From positions 8,468,923 through 8,532,922 of the forward strand of contig NC_083449.1 in assembly GCF_020745735.1 (NCBI RefSeq): DNA of 64,000 nucleotides, in the 5' to 3' direction. The notes beneath the pieces were generated by a model, which did no database searches, was not told the origin of the DNA, and worked only from the letters and a program-made list of their open reading frames with translations. Position 1 is the stretch's first letter; the number at the start of each line of letters is the position of its first letter. This document shows positions 11,900 to 23,769 of this stretch, piece after piece. This DNA is from Hemiscyllium ocellatum. Taxonomy: Eukaryota. A program made the position numbers and the translations under genes.

Positions 11900-14400
11900 C
11901 GTCCGTACTATAACCCACTGGCAACACGACTTGATAAAATTCTGCCCATTTCTCATCTGCCTGAATGTGATATTCTCCATTTCCTCATTCAGACATCATT
12001 TTAAAGGTAATAACAATCAGGGATACATTTGGATCGGTTTTGTGTATGCCTTTTGATAGAATTGCTTTAAATTTTCATTTTTTGCTGTAACTCAGTTAAT
12101 TTACCTGAGCTAAAGATGTCTGTTTTGTTTTCTATCTGTTCCTGGTGTCTCAACTATCTGATCAAACAGGGTCTCTGCTAATTTCCCTTCAACTTCCTTA
12201 TCTGTACTCTTTGATCTTTCCTGTTTCAACTGGTGACTTTGTGACCTCGTTACCACACAGTCAGGAAACATCCCAGGATATGTATCCAGCAATAGTTCAG
12301 TTGCCTGAATTTCCATTGGATTTTCAACCACAGTCAGCAGCACTCCTACCAGTGAATCAGCAACATCATTAGCAAGGACAAATTGTATTCCCGGAGCTGA
12401 AAGTTTGTCCATTACTCCTACTATGACTTCTCCCCTCTTCACGAGACACTCTAACCTCACTTGTTACAACTCAGTATTTCTGATTTCAATGTGAATTCCA
12501 ATTACTCGTACCTTTGCTGGCAATAGTTCTTCAGAGATACATATATCCTCATCTTTTAGCATCACAGATTGAGAGGATCCTTGTATCTCTTAATATTGTT
12601 ACCTCTTCACCTGCTGCTCCTGGCCTACACGAGTAAACTTTACCTTCACGGTGTATGGTTTATGGCACTTCCTCCATAAACAACCTCCGAGCAGCTTGTA
12701 CATTCTGGTGCAGCTTTCTAGTCTCCACAGTGCTCTCTGTTACCACTCCAACAAAATTCACTGGCTTATCCTGTTTTCCTACATCTGGCTTCTCAGTGCT
12801 TATCCTAACCCACTAATACTGATTCCATGTGGCCTACTTTATTGAAAACACTAGAGCTTTTTCACTTCTCTTTCCCCATCAAGGGTCAATTTACACTGTT
12901 GTAAATCTTCCTTGTGATCTTCACTGAGATTTACTTTTTACTTTCCATGTGAGAATTTCTCTTATCCACAATTATTATCCATCATGGATTGAAATTGATT
13001 TTAGCAGCCCAATTTTGATTTATCGATCAACTCAATCATTAGCCATTTCTGATGCCAGTCTTGCTGTTTTAACTCTCTGCTCTTACACATGAGTTCTCAT
13101 TACTTCTGGAAGTGAATTTTTGAACTCCTGTCTAAGTGTCAATTTTCAAACGCCCACTTTCTTCCTTTCCTCTCTCTCCTTATCTCTCTCTTCTCCCTTT
13201 TCTGCTTTTAATCATAATTCAAACTGTTTTGTTTCTGTTGCTCTTTCCTTGATTTTTGCTTCTGACTCAAGTTGTTTCATTATCAATTGAATGTTAGCCA
13301 TCTCTAAAGATTATGATGGCATTTCTGGCAAATTTACGTGTTGAGCTAAAACTGTAATTATTGCTCTTTTCCTCATGGGTGGAGGCAGGTCAAGTTCCAG
13401 CTTGTCTGATAATTCCAGCAGCTTGGCATTAATCATTTTTTGCAAAAATCTGAAGTTACTTCTTCCGCCCCCAGAACACACTTGATGACTCAAAGAGCCA
13501 TTGCTATCCCAAGCACTGTTTCCTGATGAAGGGCTGATGCCCAAAACATTGATTCTCCTACTCCTCAGCTGCTGCCTGACCTGCTGTGCTTTTCCAGTAC
13601 CACACTTTCATCTCTGATCTCCAGCATCTGCCGTCCTCACTTTCTCCAAGCGTTGTTTAAACCAACTGAATTCAACACTCGGAACAAAAGACGCTAATAT
13701 TTACCATTCACTGCCTTTGAGTCCAACAACCCGAATCCCAAATCAGAACTACAGAATAAGTTCTGCAAACAACTCCAAATCTGTTATCGAAAAAGCCTAG
13801 ACACCCTCGACACATTTCAATAAAGTAACCCAGACCCTAACTTTGCTAGTTTTTTAACTGGGTGTAACAAAGATATTCCAGGAGGGATGCAGCTGGTCAA
13901 ACTCGTAGTTTTAAAGAAAACAGTTTGATTTACAAATTTACCGAATGATACACAAACAAAAGAGAACAGAATACTCAATAATTTTAAAATCTGAAAACCC
14001 AACAGATTATACCAACTTAATAATGGTGTTCCCAACATTTACAACAATCTCCATAAATACCCCTTGGCACAAAAGGTCAAATCAAACACAGGGTCTTACA
14101 GGAGAGATGTCAGAGTGAGGGTACTAACATGGATCTGCTTCTTTGGGTTCAGCAGCTTTTTCAATTACCTGACTGCTTTCAGTCAATAGCCAGACAGCAA
14201 ATAAACCAGAGATAACCTGAGCTGGGAAAACTGGGACACTCCCCTTTCATTGAACAAGTGTTCTTTTTAAAAATGTGGAAGCCTTTTGCCTGAGACATTA
14301 CCCCCTGTTAGCTCTAATCAAAATGGCCCTCATACCCATCAACTTCGACTTTTCGGAGACTGTGTCGTTTACAAGCTTGTTAAAGGAGCAGCAGCATCAC
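11900..14400 (-). mobile_element. Gypsy-type LTR retrotransposon remnant: LTR (~13782-14400) plus decayed gag/protease
   Basis: Frameshifted TILRDT(G)SSQS aspartic protease motif near 12570-12600; GIQFVLANDVA and VVTRSQ motifs; LTR ends ...TAACA at 13782 and is homologous to 63550-63952. Confidence 0.75.
13522..13646 (+). mobile_element. Penelope-like family A terminal fragment with decayed hammerhead
   Basis: CTGATGA-A-GGGC TGAT GCCC-AAAACATT (GAAA mutated); flanked by CAAGCACTGTTT and CAAGCGTTGTTT. Confidence 0.8.
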
Positions 14401-14420
14401 AGCAGACTGGTTGAAGAAGT

Positions 14421-14716
14421 GGGCAGCACGGTGGCACAGTGGTTAGCACTGCTGCCTCATAGCACCAGAGACCCGGGTTCAATTCCCGACTCAGGTAACT
14501 GACTGTGTGGAGTTCGCACATTCTCCCCGTGTCTGCTTGGGTTTTCTCTGGGTGCTCCGGTTTCCTCTCACAGTCCAAAAATGTGCAGGTTAGGTGAATT
14601 GGCCATGCTAAATTGCCCTTAGTAGTAGGTAAATGGGTTGTGCTTCAGTGGGTCAGTGTGGATTTGTTGGGCCAAAGGCTTGTTTCCACACTGTAAGTAA
14701 TCTAATCTAATCTAAA
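14421..14716 (+). mobile_element. HE1-type SINE
   Basis: Homologous to 6329-6643; (AATCT)n tail. Confidence 0.9.
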
Positions 14717-16095
14717 AGTCCATGGGATACCGGGTAATGTGTTGAATTGGATCCAAAGTTGGCGAGTCACAGGAAAGAGAGAATAATGGTCAATGGTGGC
14801 CATTGTGAATGGAAAGCTGTTTGAAGTGGAGCTCTACATGAATCAGTGTTGGAACGTGAACTGTTTGTTTTATCCACTAATGATTTGGAGTTGAACATGG
14901 TGGGCAAATTTGTGAAATTTGCAGACAACACACAACTTGACCATATAGTGGACAGTGTGGAGGGTAGCTTTAAGCTCCAAAACTATATAGATGGTTTGGT
15001 GGAGTGGGCAGGAAAATGGCAGATGGAAATCAGCTCTGATAAGTGTCAGGAAATGCATTTTGGGAAGTCAGACAGTAAATGGAAATAGACAATAAATGGG
15101 AATATACTGAGAGGGGCAGGTGAAGCGAGTGTGTAAATGAACAGATCCCTAAAGATAGATGGGGTTGTAAAGAAGGCACATGGAATGCTCTCCCTCATTG
15201 GCAGAGGGGTGGATACAAAAATAGGGAAATAACAATGAAACTGTATGAGGCACTGGTGGCTACAACAGGAGTATTGTGTGCAGTCGGGTCACCACATTAC
15301 AGGAAGAACATCATTGCTGTGGAGAGAGTGCAGAGGAAATTTACTAGAATGTTGCCAGAATTGTAGCTATCAGGAGAGATTGGAGAGGTTGGGGTTGTAT
15401 TCCTTGTAACAAAGGTGCCACGATTAAGGAATACAGAGTGACCCATGTTTCACAGGTCAGGTTATTGCGGTTTACTGTGGTCCGAGTGTATAAAAGGAAA
15501 TGTTCCAGAACCAGGGACCAGCAGGCTGCCGGGAAGGCATATTTCCCATTTAAATTAGTGGTTTTGCGTTTCCGCTGCAGGTCCTGGAACATGTCCCCCA
15601 CACGTACAGGTGAGGGCGTGGTCTACAGTACTAAATAGTGAGCTTCCTGATGAAGGAGCAGCACTCTGAAAGCTTGCACTTCCATATAAACCTGTTGAAT
15701 CATAACATGATGTTGGGTGACTTTTAACTAACTAGTGAGAGGGAGACATTAGACAGGAGGAACCTGTTTACTTTGACAGAGAGTTCAAAAACCAGTGATC
15801 ACAGATTCAAGCTCAGTGGATGTGCACTTAGATGATATGAGGAAAAATGTTTTTTTACAATGTAGAGAGTGGTGGGTATCTGGAATTTGCTGCCTGATTT
15901 GGTGGTGCAGGCAGAGACCTTACACTTTTTTAAAACAAAAATCCCTTGGAACTGCACCTCAAGTGTTGTAAACAGCAAGGTTACGGGCTGTGGCAGGATG
16001 GTGGGATGAGAAAGGGCATCTGGGTGTGTTGATGTTGGCATGGACAAGGTGGCCTGAATGGCACCCCTCCCCAATGCTGTATTATTTTTATGATT
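14717..16095 (+). mobile_element. CR1 LINE ORF2 3' part, old, with nested insertions at ~15415-15735
   Basis: KFADNT (decayed FADD) and WAGKWQME..DKCQEMHFG motifs. Confidence 0.8.
15645..15730 (+). mobile_element. Penelope-like family B terminal fragment with hammerhead-like motif
   Basis: CTGATGA-A-GGAG CAGCA CTCT-GAAA-GCTT; homologous to the reverse complement of 33540-33628. Confidence 0.7.
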
Positions 16096-17153
16096 CTCTA
16101 GTTATCAATGAGACCAGACCAGTTCATGCTGTGTGAATATGTAAATATATTTACCATATACCGAAAGTTACAGTTTGATAGCTACACCCACGCATTCACC
16201 AAGCAGGAACAGACAGGCATAGATCAATAATTAAACTCAAGTATCCACATACTCAATTGCATCAGGTGGCCCCCATTCATGGAGCAGTATGGGTGTTGTT
16301 TAGTTTCTGAATTTCACTCAATTGGTGTTAGAATTTTAAGAAAAAATGGACAAGGAGCAGCTCAGAGCAGGAGTGGAATCAGACCTGTGGTTCTGTTTAA
16401 ATTGTTGGCTTTAAACAAAAATCCTAATGATCATTAACTGAATGTTACATTGATGTTGCCAATCACAACTGATGTTGATTTACAGCAGGTATCTCTTCTG
16501 TCTTCCTGCAGGCAAGTACTCAAAGGACCAAGATCATGTAATATTCCCACGGTACAGAGCCAAGTGTGACCAGCTGCTTCGAACAAACAGCAGGTATTTT
16601 ACTGCTGTCAGAGTGAAGAACATCCTTTCCACAGTCAGGGTGGATTGAGTCAGATTTACATTGAGCTCCATTCCCAGAGAGAAGAGTCAAACACATCAAG
16701 GAAATAGAAGTTTATATTTTTTATCTATATTATCAATGCTTGCGACCCAGTTCCAATCAATTTGAATGAATCCTCATCTGAAATATACACTGCATTAAAT
16801 CTGAACTGGACCAGTACAGCACAGGAATGGGTCCTTCAGCCCACGATGTTGTGCTGAACTTGACGCCAAAAAAAATTAATCCCTTTTGCCTGCCCTTAGT
16901 CAGTATCCCACCATTTCTTGCATGTTAATTTGCTTATTTTTAAGTCCCTTCAATACCTTTACTGTATCTGCCTCCATCACCACCCCTGGCAGTGCGTTCC
17001 ACTCCTAACAGTCTTTACGTTAAAAGAAACTGCACCTTAGGTCTCCCTTGAACTTTCACCTAATATGCATGCCCCTTAGTTTTAGGCATTTCAGCTTTTG
17101 GAAAAAGATTCAAACCATCAACCTTAACCACGCATCTCAATTTTATAGACTTC

Positions 17154-19926
17154 CGGATATAGGTTTGCTGGCTGAACTGGAAAGTTTGTTTTCAGATGTT
17201 GCATTGCCATACGGAGGTAACGTCATCAGTGAGCCTCCGGATGAAGCACTGCTGGTATGGCCCGCTTTTTATTTATGTGTTTAGGTTTCCTTGGTTTGTA
17301 ATGGCATTTCCTGTGGTGATGTCATTTCCTGTTCATTTTCTCTGGGGCTGGTAAATTGGATCCAAGCCAATGTGCTTTTTGATGGAGTTCCGGTTGGAAT
17401 ACCATGCTTCTGGGATTCTCATGCATGTCTCTGTTTGGCCATTCCTAGGATGGATGTGTTGTCCCAGTCGAAGTGGTGTCCTTTCTCATTGTATGTAAGG
17501 ATACTAGTGCGAGTGGGTCATGTAGAGTTCAGTCTGCAGTTTGAAAGAGAGAAGGCAAAATCAGATGTAATGGTGTTGTAGTTAAATAAAGGTAATTATG
17601 AGGGCATGAGAGAGGAGCCGACGAAAATAGACTGGAAGCAGAGCCTAGTGGAGAAGACAGTAGAGCAAAAATGGCAGGAGTTTGTGGGTATAATTGAGGA
17701 CACTGTACAGAGGTTCATCCCCAAGAAAAGAAACATTATCCGGGGAGGGATTAGACAGCCATGGCTGACAAAGGAAGTCAGGAAATGTATTAAAGAAAAA
17801 GAGAGATCCTATAAAGTGGCCGAGAGCACTGGGAAGTCAGAAGATTGGGAAGGCTACAAAAACAAACAAAGGATGACAAAGAGAGAAATAAGGACGGAGA
17901 GGATCAAATATGAAGGTAGGCTAGCCAGTAATATTAGAAATGATAGTAAAAGTTTCTTTCAATATATAAGAAACAAACGACAGGCAAAAGTAGACATTGG
18001 GACACTTTAAACTGATGCTGGAAGCCTAGTGATGGGAGATAAGGAAATAGCTGGAGAACTTAATAAGTATTTTGTGTCAGTCTTCACAGTGGAAGACATG
18101 AGTAATATCCCAACAATTAAAGGGAGTTAGGGGGCTGAGTTGAGTATGGTTGCTATTACAAAAGAGAAAGTGCTAGAAAAGCTAAAAGATCTTAAAATTG
18201 ATAAATCTCCTGGCCCCGATGGGCTACATCCTAGAGTTTTGAGGGAGGTAGCTGAGGAAATCGCGGAGGTGTTGGTTGAGATCTTTCAAAAGTCACTGGA
18301 GTCAGGGAAAGTCCCGGATGATTGGAAGATCGCTGTTGTAACCCCCTTGTTCAAAAAAGGATCAAGACAAAAGATGGAAAATTATAGGCCAATTATAGCC
18401 TAACCTCGGTTGTTGGTAAAATTCTGGAATACATCATTAAGGATGAGGTTTCTAAATTCTTGGAAGAGCAGGGTCGGATTAGAACAAGTCAACATGGATT
18501 TAGTAAGGGGAGGTCATGTCTGACAAACCTGTTGGAATTCTTTGAAGAGGTGACAAGTAGGTTAGACCAAGGAAACCCAGTGGATGTGGTCTATCTAGAC
18601 TTCCAAAATGCCTTTGATAAGGTGCCACACGGGAGACTGCTGAGCATGGTGTTCGAGGTGAGCTACTGGTATGGATTGACGATTGGCTGTCTAACAGAAG
18701 GCAGAGAGTTGGGATAAAAGGTTCTTTTTCGGAATGGCACAAGCGGTGTCCCGCAGGGTTCAGTGTTGGGGCCGCAGCTGTTCACATTATATATTAATGT
18801 CTGGATGAAGGGACCGGGGGCATTCTACCGAAGTTTGCCGATGATACGAAGTTAGGTGGACAGACAGGTAGTACTGAGGAAGTGGGGAGGCTACGGAAGG
18901 ATCTAGACAGTTTGGGAGAGTGGTCCAGGAAATGGCTGATTCAATGTGAGCAAATGCAGGGTCTTGCACTTTGGAAAAAAGAATACAAGCATGGACTACT
19001 TTCTAAACGGTGAGAAAATTCATAAAGCCAAAGTACAAAGGGATCTGGGAGTGCTAGTCGAGGATTCTCTAAAGGTAAACATGCAGGTTGAGTCCGTGAT
19101 TAAGAAAGTGAATGCAATGTTGTAATTTATCTCAAGAGGGTTTGAATATAAAAGAGTAAATATAAAATTATAAAGCTCTGGGTATGCCCCATTTGGAGTA
19201 CTGTGTCCAGTTTTTGTCCCCACACCTCAGGAAGGACATACTGGCACTGGAGCGTGTCCAGTGGAGATTCACACAGATGATCCCTGAAATGGTAGGTCTA
19301 ACATACAAGGAATGGCTGAGGATCCTCGGATTGTATTCATTGGAGTTTAGAAGATTAAGGGGAGATCTAATAGAAATTTACAAGATAATACATGTCTTGG
19401 AAAGGGTGGATGCTAGGAAATTGTTTCCGTTAGGCGAGGGGACTAGGACCAGTGGACACAGCCTTAGAATTAGAGGGGATAAATTCAGAACAGAAATGTG
19501 GAGACATTTCTTCAGCCAGAGAGTGGTGGGCCTGTGGAATTCATTGCCGCAGAATGCAATGGAGGCAGGGACGTTAAATGTCTTCAAGGCAGAGATTGAT
19601 AAATTCTTGATGTCACAAGGAAGTAAGGGCTACGGGGAGAATGCGGGTAAGTGGAGTTCAAATTCCCATCAGCCATGATTGAATTGCGGAATGGACTCGA
19701 TGGGCCGAATGGCCTTACTTCCACTCCTATGTCTTATGGTCTTATGTCTTTTTATGGCTAGTTTTCTGCCTGTTTGTCCAACGTGTGGACACACAAATAG
19801 AAAGCGGACCATACATGCTCACCGATAATGTTACCTAATATGGTGACAAGACATCTGAAAATGGAACTTCCAGCTCAGTGAGAAAACCTAGTCCAAAACT
19901 TCAACCTGTGTTACAACTCTTCTCAA
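17154..19926 (-). mobile_element. Penelope-like element (family C) with inverted terminal copy, split by a CR1
   Basis: Minus strand encodes VGQTGRKLA (GIY-YIG region, ~19750-19785) and HHFDWDNTSILG (~17440-17480); terminal sequence at 17154-17280 recurs inverted at ~19790-19895; AATTTTATAGACTTC duplicated at 17139-17153 and 19927-19941. Confidence 0.8.
17521..19745 (+). mobile_element. CR1 LINE ORF2 (reverse transcriptase), 5'-truncated, frameshifted
   Basis: KSPGPDGLHPRVL, QHGFSKGRSCLTNL, YLDFQNAFDKVPH, PHLEYCVQF; tail (GTCTTATG)n. Confidence 0.95.
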
Positions 19927-20099
19927 AATTTTATAGACTTCTATTAAGTCTGCCCTCAGTCTCTGCTGCTCCGAAGTAATATACCTGGGTTTTTCTAGCT
20001 TCTCTTTATAGCTTGTACCCTCTAGACAACATTCTGGCAAACCTCTTCTGCACCCTCTCTAAATCCTCCACATCCTTCATGTAATGTGGAGACCACAAT

Positions 20100-20830
20100 T
20101 GAAAAATCATGCCACACCAGATTATAGTCCAGCAGGTGAATTTGGAAGTACGAGCTTTCACAGCGCTGCTCCTTCATCAGGTAGCTGTGAAACAGGTTCA
20201 TGAGGCACAGAATTTATAGCAAAAGATTACAGTGTCATGCAACTGAAATGATATATTGAACGAATCAGGATTGTTAAGTCTTTCATCTTTTAGAATGGGT
20301 TGCAAGTTTCACTCCATTAATATATGCATCCCAGAACTTCTTTTAAGTCACATTTTCAAGATGGCTTCAGTTTTTTTTTAAAAAGATTGACATCTCAGCA
20401 CAGACAATGTATTAAAGATGTGAGGTTAGAGTCTGTCTGTATCCCAGTCTTGAATCAGACTGATACTATTACCAAAGTAGGAATATATAAAACATTATAT
20501 GGATTGACTACCTGCAGATTGTGCTATTTTTGAGCAAAATAGAATGTATCTGCAAACATAATTCTGCAAACGCAAATTCACCCCAGAGACGAGTGAGTGA
20601 AAGAGAGAGAATGTCAGTGTGAGTACATATGTGAATGTGTGTGTTTGTGTGTGCATGCTTGATAAAGTGTGTTATGATTGTGATGGGTGTAGTGTGGGGT
20701 GTGTGTGTATGAGGGAGAAGTGTGTGGATGAGAGAGGGTCTGCATGAGTGTGTCTGTATGTGTCTGAGTGAGTGTGTGTGTAGTGTGACAGGATCCCAAT
20801 TTGAGGCTGTCCTCATGGGTTCTCAACTTC
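20100..20830 (-). mobile_element. Penelope-like family B 3' region including a GT-rich tract
   Basis: Minus strand CTGATGA-AGGAGCAGCGCTGT-GAAA-GCTC near 20150-20180; 20200-20330 homologous to 63310-63460. Confidence 0.65.
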
Positions 20831-21429
20831 AGTAAGGATACTTTTCATGTTACAATAGAGGTGAACAACTAGACGATGCTGTTAATTTGAGCAACCATAT
20901 GTGAAGTAGATCGTGAGTTGAAGGAAGCATTTCAGCTATCAGTAACTGAGAAGGACAGAATTAATCTTTTGTCACAATACTCTAAGTATGACCTAACCAA
21001 AGTCTTATAAAGCTGCAATATGACATCCTGACTTTTGTACTCAATGCCCCAACAAATAGGACAGGCATGCAATATGCCTTCTTCTAGATACCACCCTATC
21101 TACTTGGCCACTTTCAGGGAGCTAGAGACTTGAACCCCAAGATCCTTCAATGAAAGTCATCCATCAATGACTTTCAGAGTCCAACCATTTACTGTATACC
21201 TTTCCTTAACATTTTATCTCCCAAAGTCCAACATTTTACACTTTGCCAGATTAAACTCAATCTGCTATTTTTCCAGCCATATCCTGCTGTATCCTTTGAC
21301 AAGCTTCTACACAAGTCCACCAGTCTTTATATCGTGTACATTTATTAACGATAATTTAAAGTGACAATCAAGGCAAACAAATAGCTGATGTGATTACTTT
21401 CAGCAACCATATGTAAAGTAGTAATCCAA

Positions 21430-23765
21430 GATGGCTTTTTGGAACAGATGGTCATGGAGCCCACAAGGGAGCAGACTCTATAAAAGATCTTAAAGTAAGG
21501 GAACCCTTAGGAAGTCGCAATCATAATATGGTAGAGTTCAGTCTGGAGTTTGAAAGAGAGAAGGCAAAATCAGATGTAACGGTGTTACAATTAAATAAAG
21601 GTAATTATGAGGGCATGAGAGAGGAACTGACAAAAATAGACTGGAAGCAGAGGCTAACCGGGAAGACAGTAGAGCAAAAATGGCAGGAGTTTGTGGGTAT
21701 AATTGAGGACACTGTACAGAGGTTCATCCCCAAGAAAAGAAAGATTATCCGGGGAGGGATTAGACAACCATGGCTGACAAAGGAAGTCAGGAAATGTATT
21801 AAAGAAAAAGAGAGATCCTATAAAGTAGCCAAGAACAGTGGGAAATCAGAAGATTGGGAAGGCTACAAAAACAAACAGAGGATAACAAAGAGTGTAATAA
21901 GAAATGAGAGGATCAAATATGAAGGTAGGCTAGCCAGTAATATTAGAAATGATAGTAAAAGTTTCTTTCCATACATAAGAAACAAACGACAGGCAAAAGT
22001 AGACATTGGGCCACTTCAAACTGATGCTGGAAGCCTAGTGATGGGAGATAAGGAAATAGCAGGAGAACTTAACAAGTACTTTGTGTCAGTTTTCACAGTG
22101 GAAGACATGAGTAATATCCCAACAATTAAAGGGAGTCGGGGGCTGAGTTGAGTATGGTTGCCATTACAAAAGAGAGAGTGCTAGAAAAGTTAAAAAGTCT
22201 TAAAATTGATAAATCTCCTGGCCCCGATAGGATACACCCTAGAGTTCTGAAAGAGGTGGCTGATGAAATAGCGGAGGCATTGGTTGAGATCTTTCAAGAG
22301 TCACTGGAGTCAGGAAAGGTCCCGGATGATTGGAAGATGTTGTAACCCCCTTGTTCAAGAAAGGATCAAAACAAAAGATGGAAAATTATAGGCCAATTAG
22401 CTTAACCTCGGTTGTTGGTAAAATTCTGGAATCCATCATTAAGGATGAGGTTTCTAAATTCTTGGAAGAGCAGGGTCGGATTAGAACAAGTCAACATGGA
22501 TTTAGTAAGGGGAGGTCATGCCTGACAAACCTGTTGGAATTCTTTGAAGAGGTGACAAGTAGGTTAGACCAGGGAAACCCAGTGGATGTGGTCTATCTAG
22601 ACTTTCAAAAGTCCTTTGATAAGGTGCCACACGGGAGACTGCTGAGCAAGGTGAGGGCCCATGGTGTTCGAGGTGAGCTACTGTGATGGATTGAGGATTG
22701 GCTGTCTAACAGAAGGCAGAGAGTTGGGATAAAAGGTTCTTTTTCGGAATGGCAGCCGGTGACGAGCGGTGTCCCGCAGGGTTCAGTGTTGGGGCCACAG
22801 CTATTCGCATTATATGTTAATGATTTGGATGAGGGGACTGGGGGCATTCTAGTGAAGTTTGCAGATGATACGAAGTTAGCTGGACAGGCAGGTAGTACTG
22901 AGGAAGTGGCGAGGCTTCAGAAGGATCTAGACAGTTTGGGAGAGTGGTCCAGGAAATGGTTGATGGAATTCAACGTGAGCAAGTGCGAGGTCTTGCACTT
23001 TGGCAAAAAGAATAAAAGCATAGACTACTTTCTAAATGGTGAGAAAATTAGTAAAGCCAAAGTACAATGGGATCTGGGAGTGCTAGTCGAAGATTCTCTA
23101 AAGGTAAACATGCAGGTTGAGTCCGTGATTAAGAAAGCGAATGCAATGTTGTCACTTATCTCAAGAGAGATGTGCTACTGAAACTTTATAAAGCTCTGGT
23201 TAGGCCCCATTTGGAGTACTGTGTCCAGTTTTGGTCCCCACCCCTCAGGAAGGACATACTGGCACTGAAACGTGTCCAGCGGAGATTCGCATGGATGATC
23301 CCTGGAATGGTAGGTCTAACATATGAGGAACGGCAGAGGATCTTGGGATTGCATTCATTGGAGTTTAGAAGATTAAAGAGAGACTTAATAGAGACGTACA
23401 AGATAATACATGGCTTGGAAAGGGTGGACGCTAGGAAATTGTTTCCATTAGGCGAGGAGACTAGGACCCATGGACACAGCCTTAGAATTGGTGGGGGTCA
23501 ATTCAGAACAGAAATGTGGAGACATTTCTTCAGCCAGAGGGTGGTGGGCCTGTGGAATTCATTGCCACGGAGTGCAGTGGAGGCTGGGACGCTAAATGTC
23601 TTCAAGGCAGAGATTGATAAATTCTTGTTGTCTCGAGGAATTAAGGGCTATGGGGAGAACGCTGGTAAGTAGAGTTGAAATGCCTATAAGCCATGATTGA
23701 ATGGTGGAGTGGACTTGATGGGCCGAATGGCCTTACTTCCACTCCTATGTCTTATGGTCTTATGG
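21430..23765 (+). mobile_element. CR1 LINE ORF2, 5'-truncated, same subfamily as 17521-19745
   Basis: NYRPISLTSVVGK, SGVPQGSVLGP, KFADDTKL, PHLEYCVQFWSP; tail (GTCTTATG)n. Confidence 0.95.
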
Positions 23766-23769
23766 AGGA

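Noticed and set aside
15415-15640. Tigger/mariner-like MITE (internal inverted ATGTTCCAG..CC / GG..CTGGAACAT)
   Set aside because: Suggestive only; I could not define both termini or a TA duplication.
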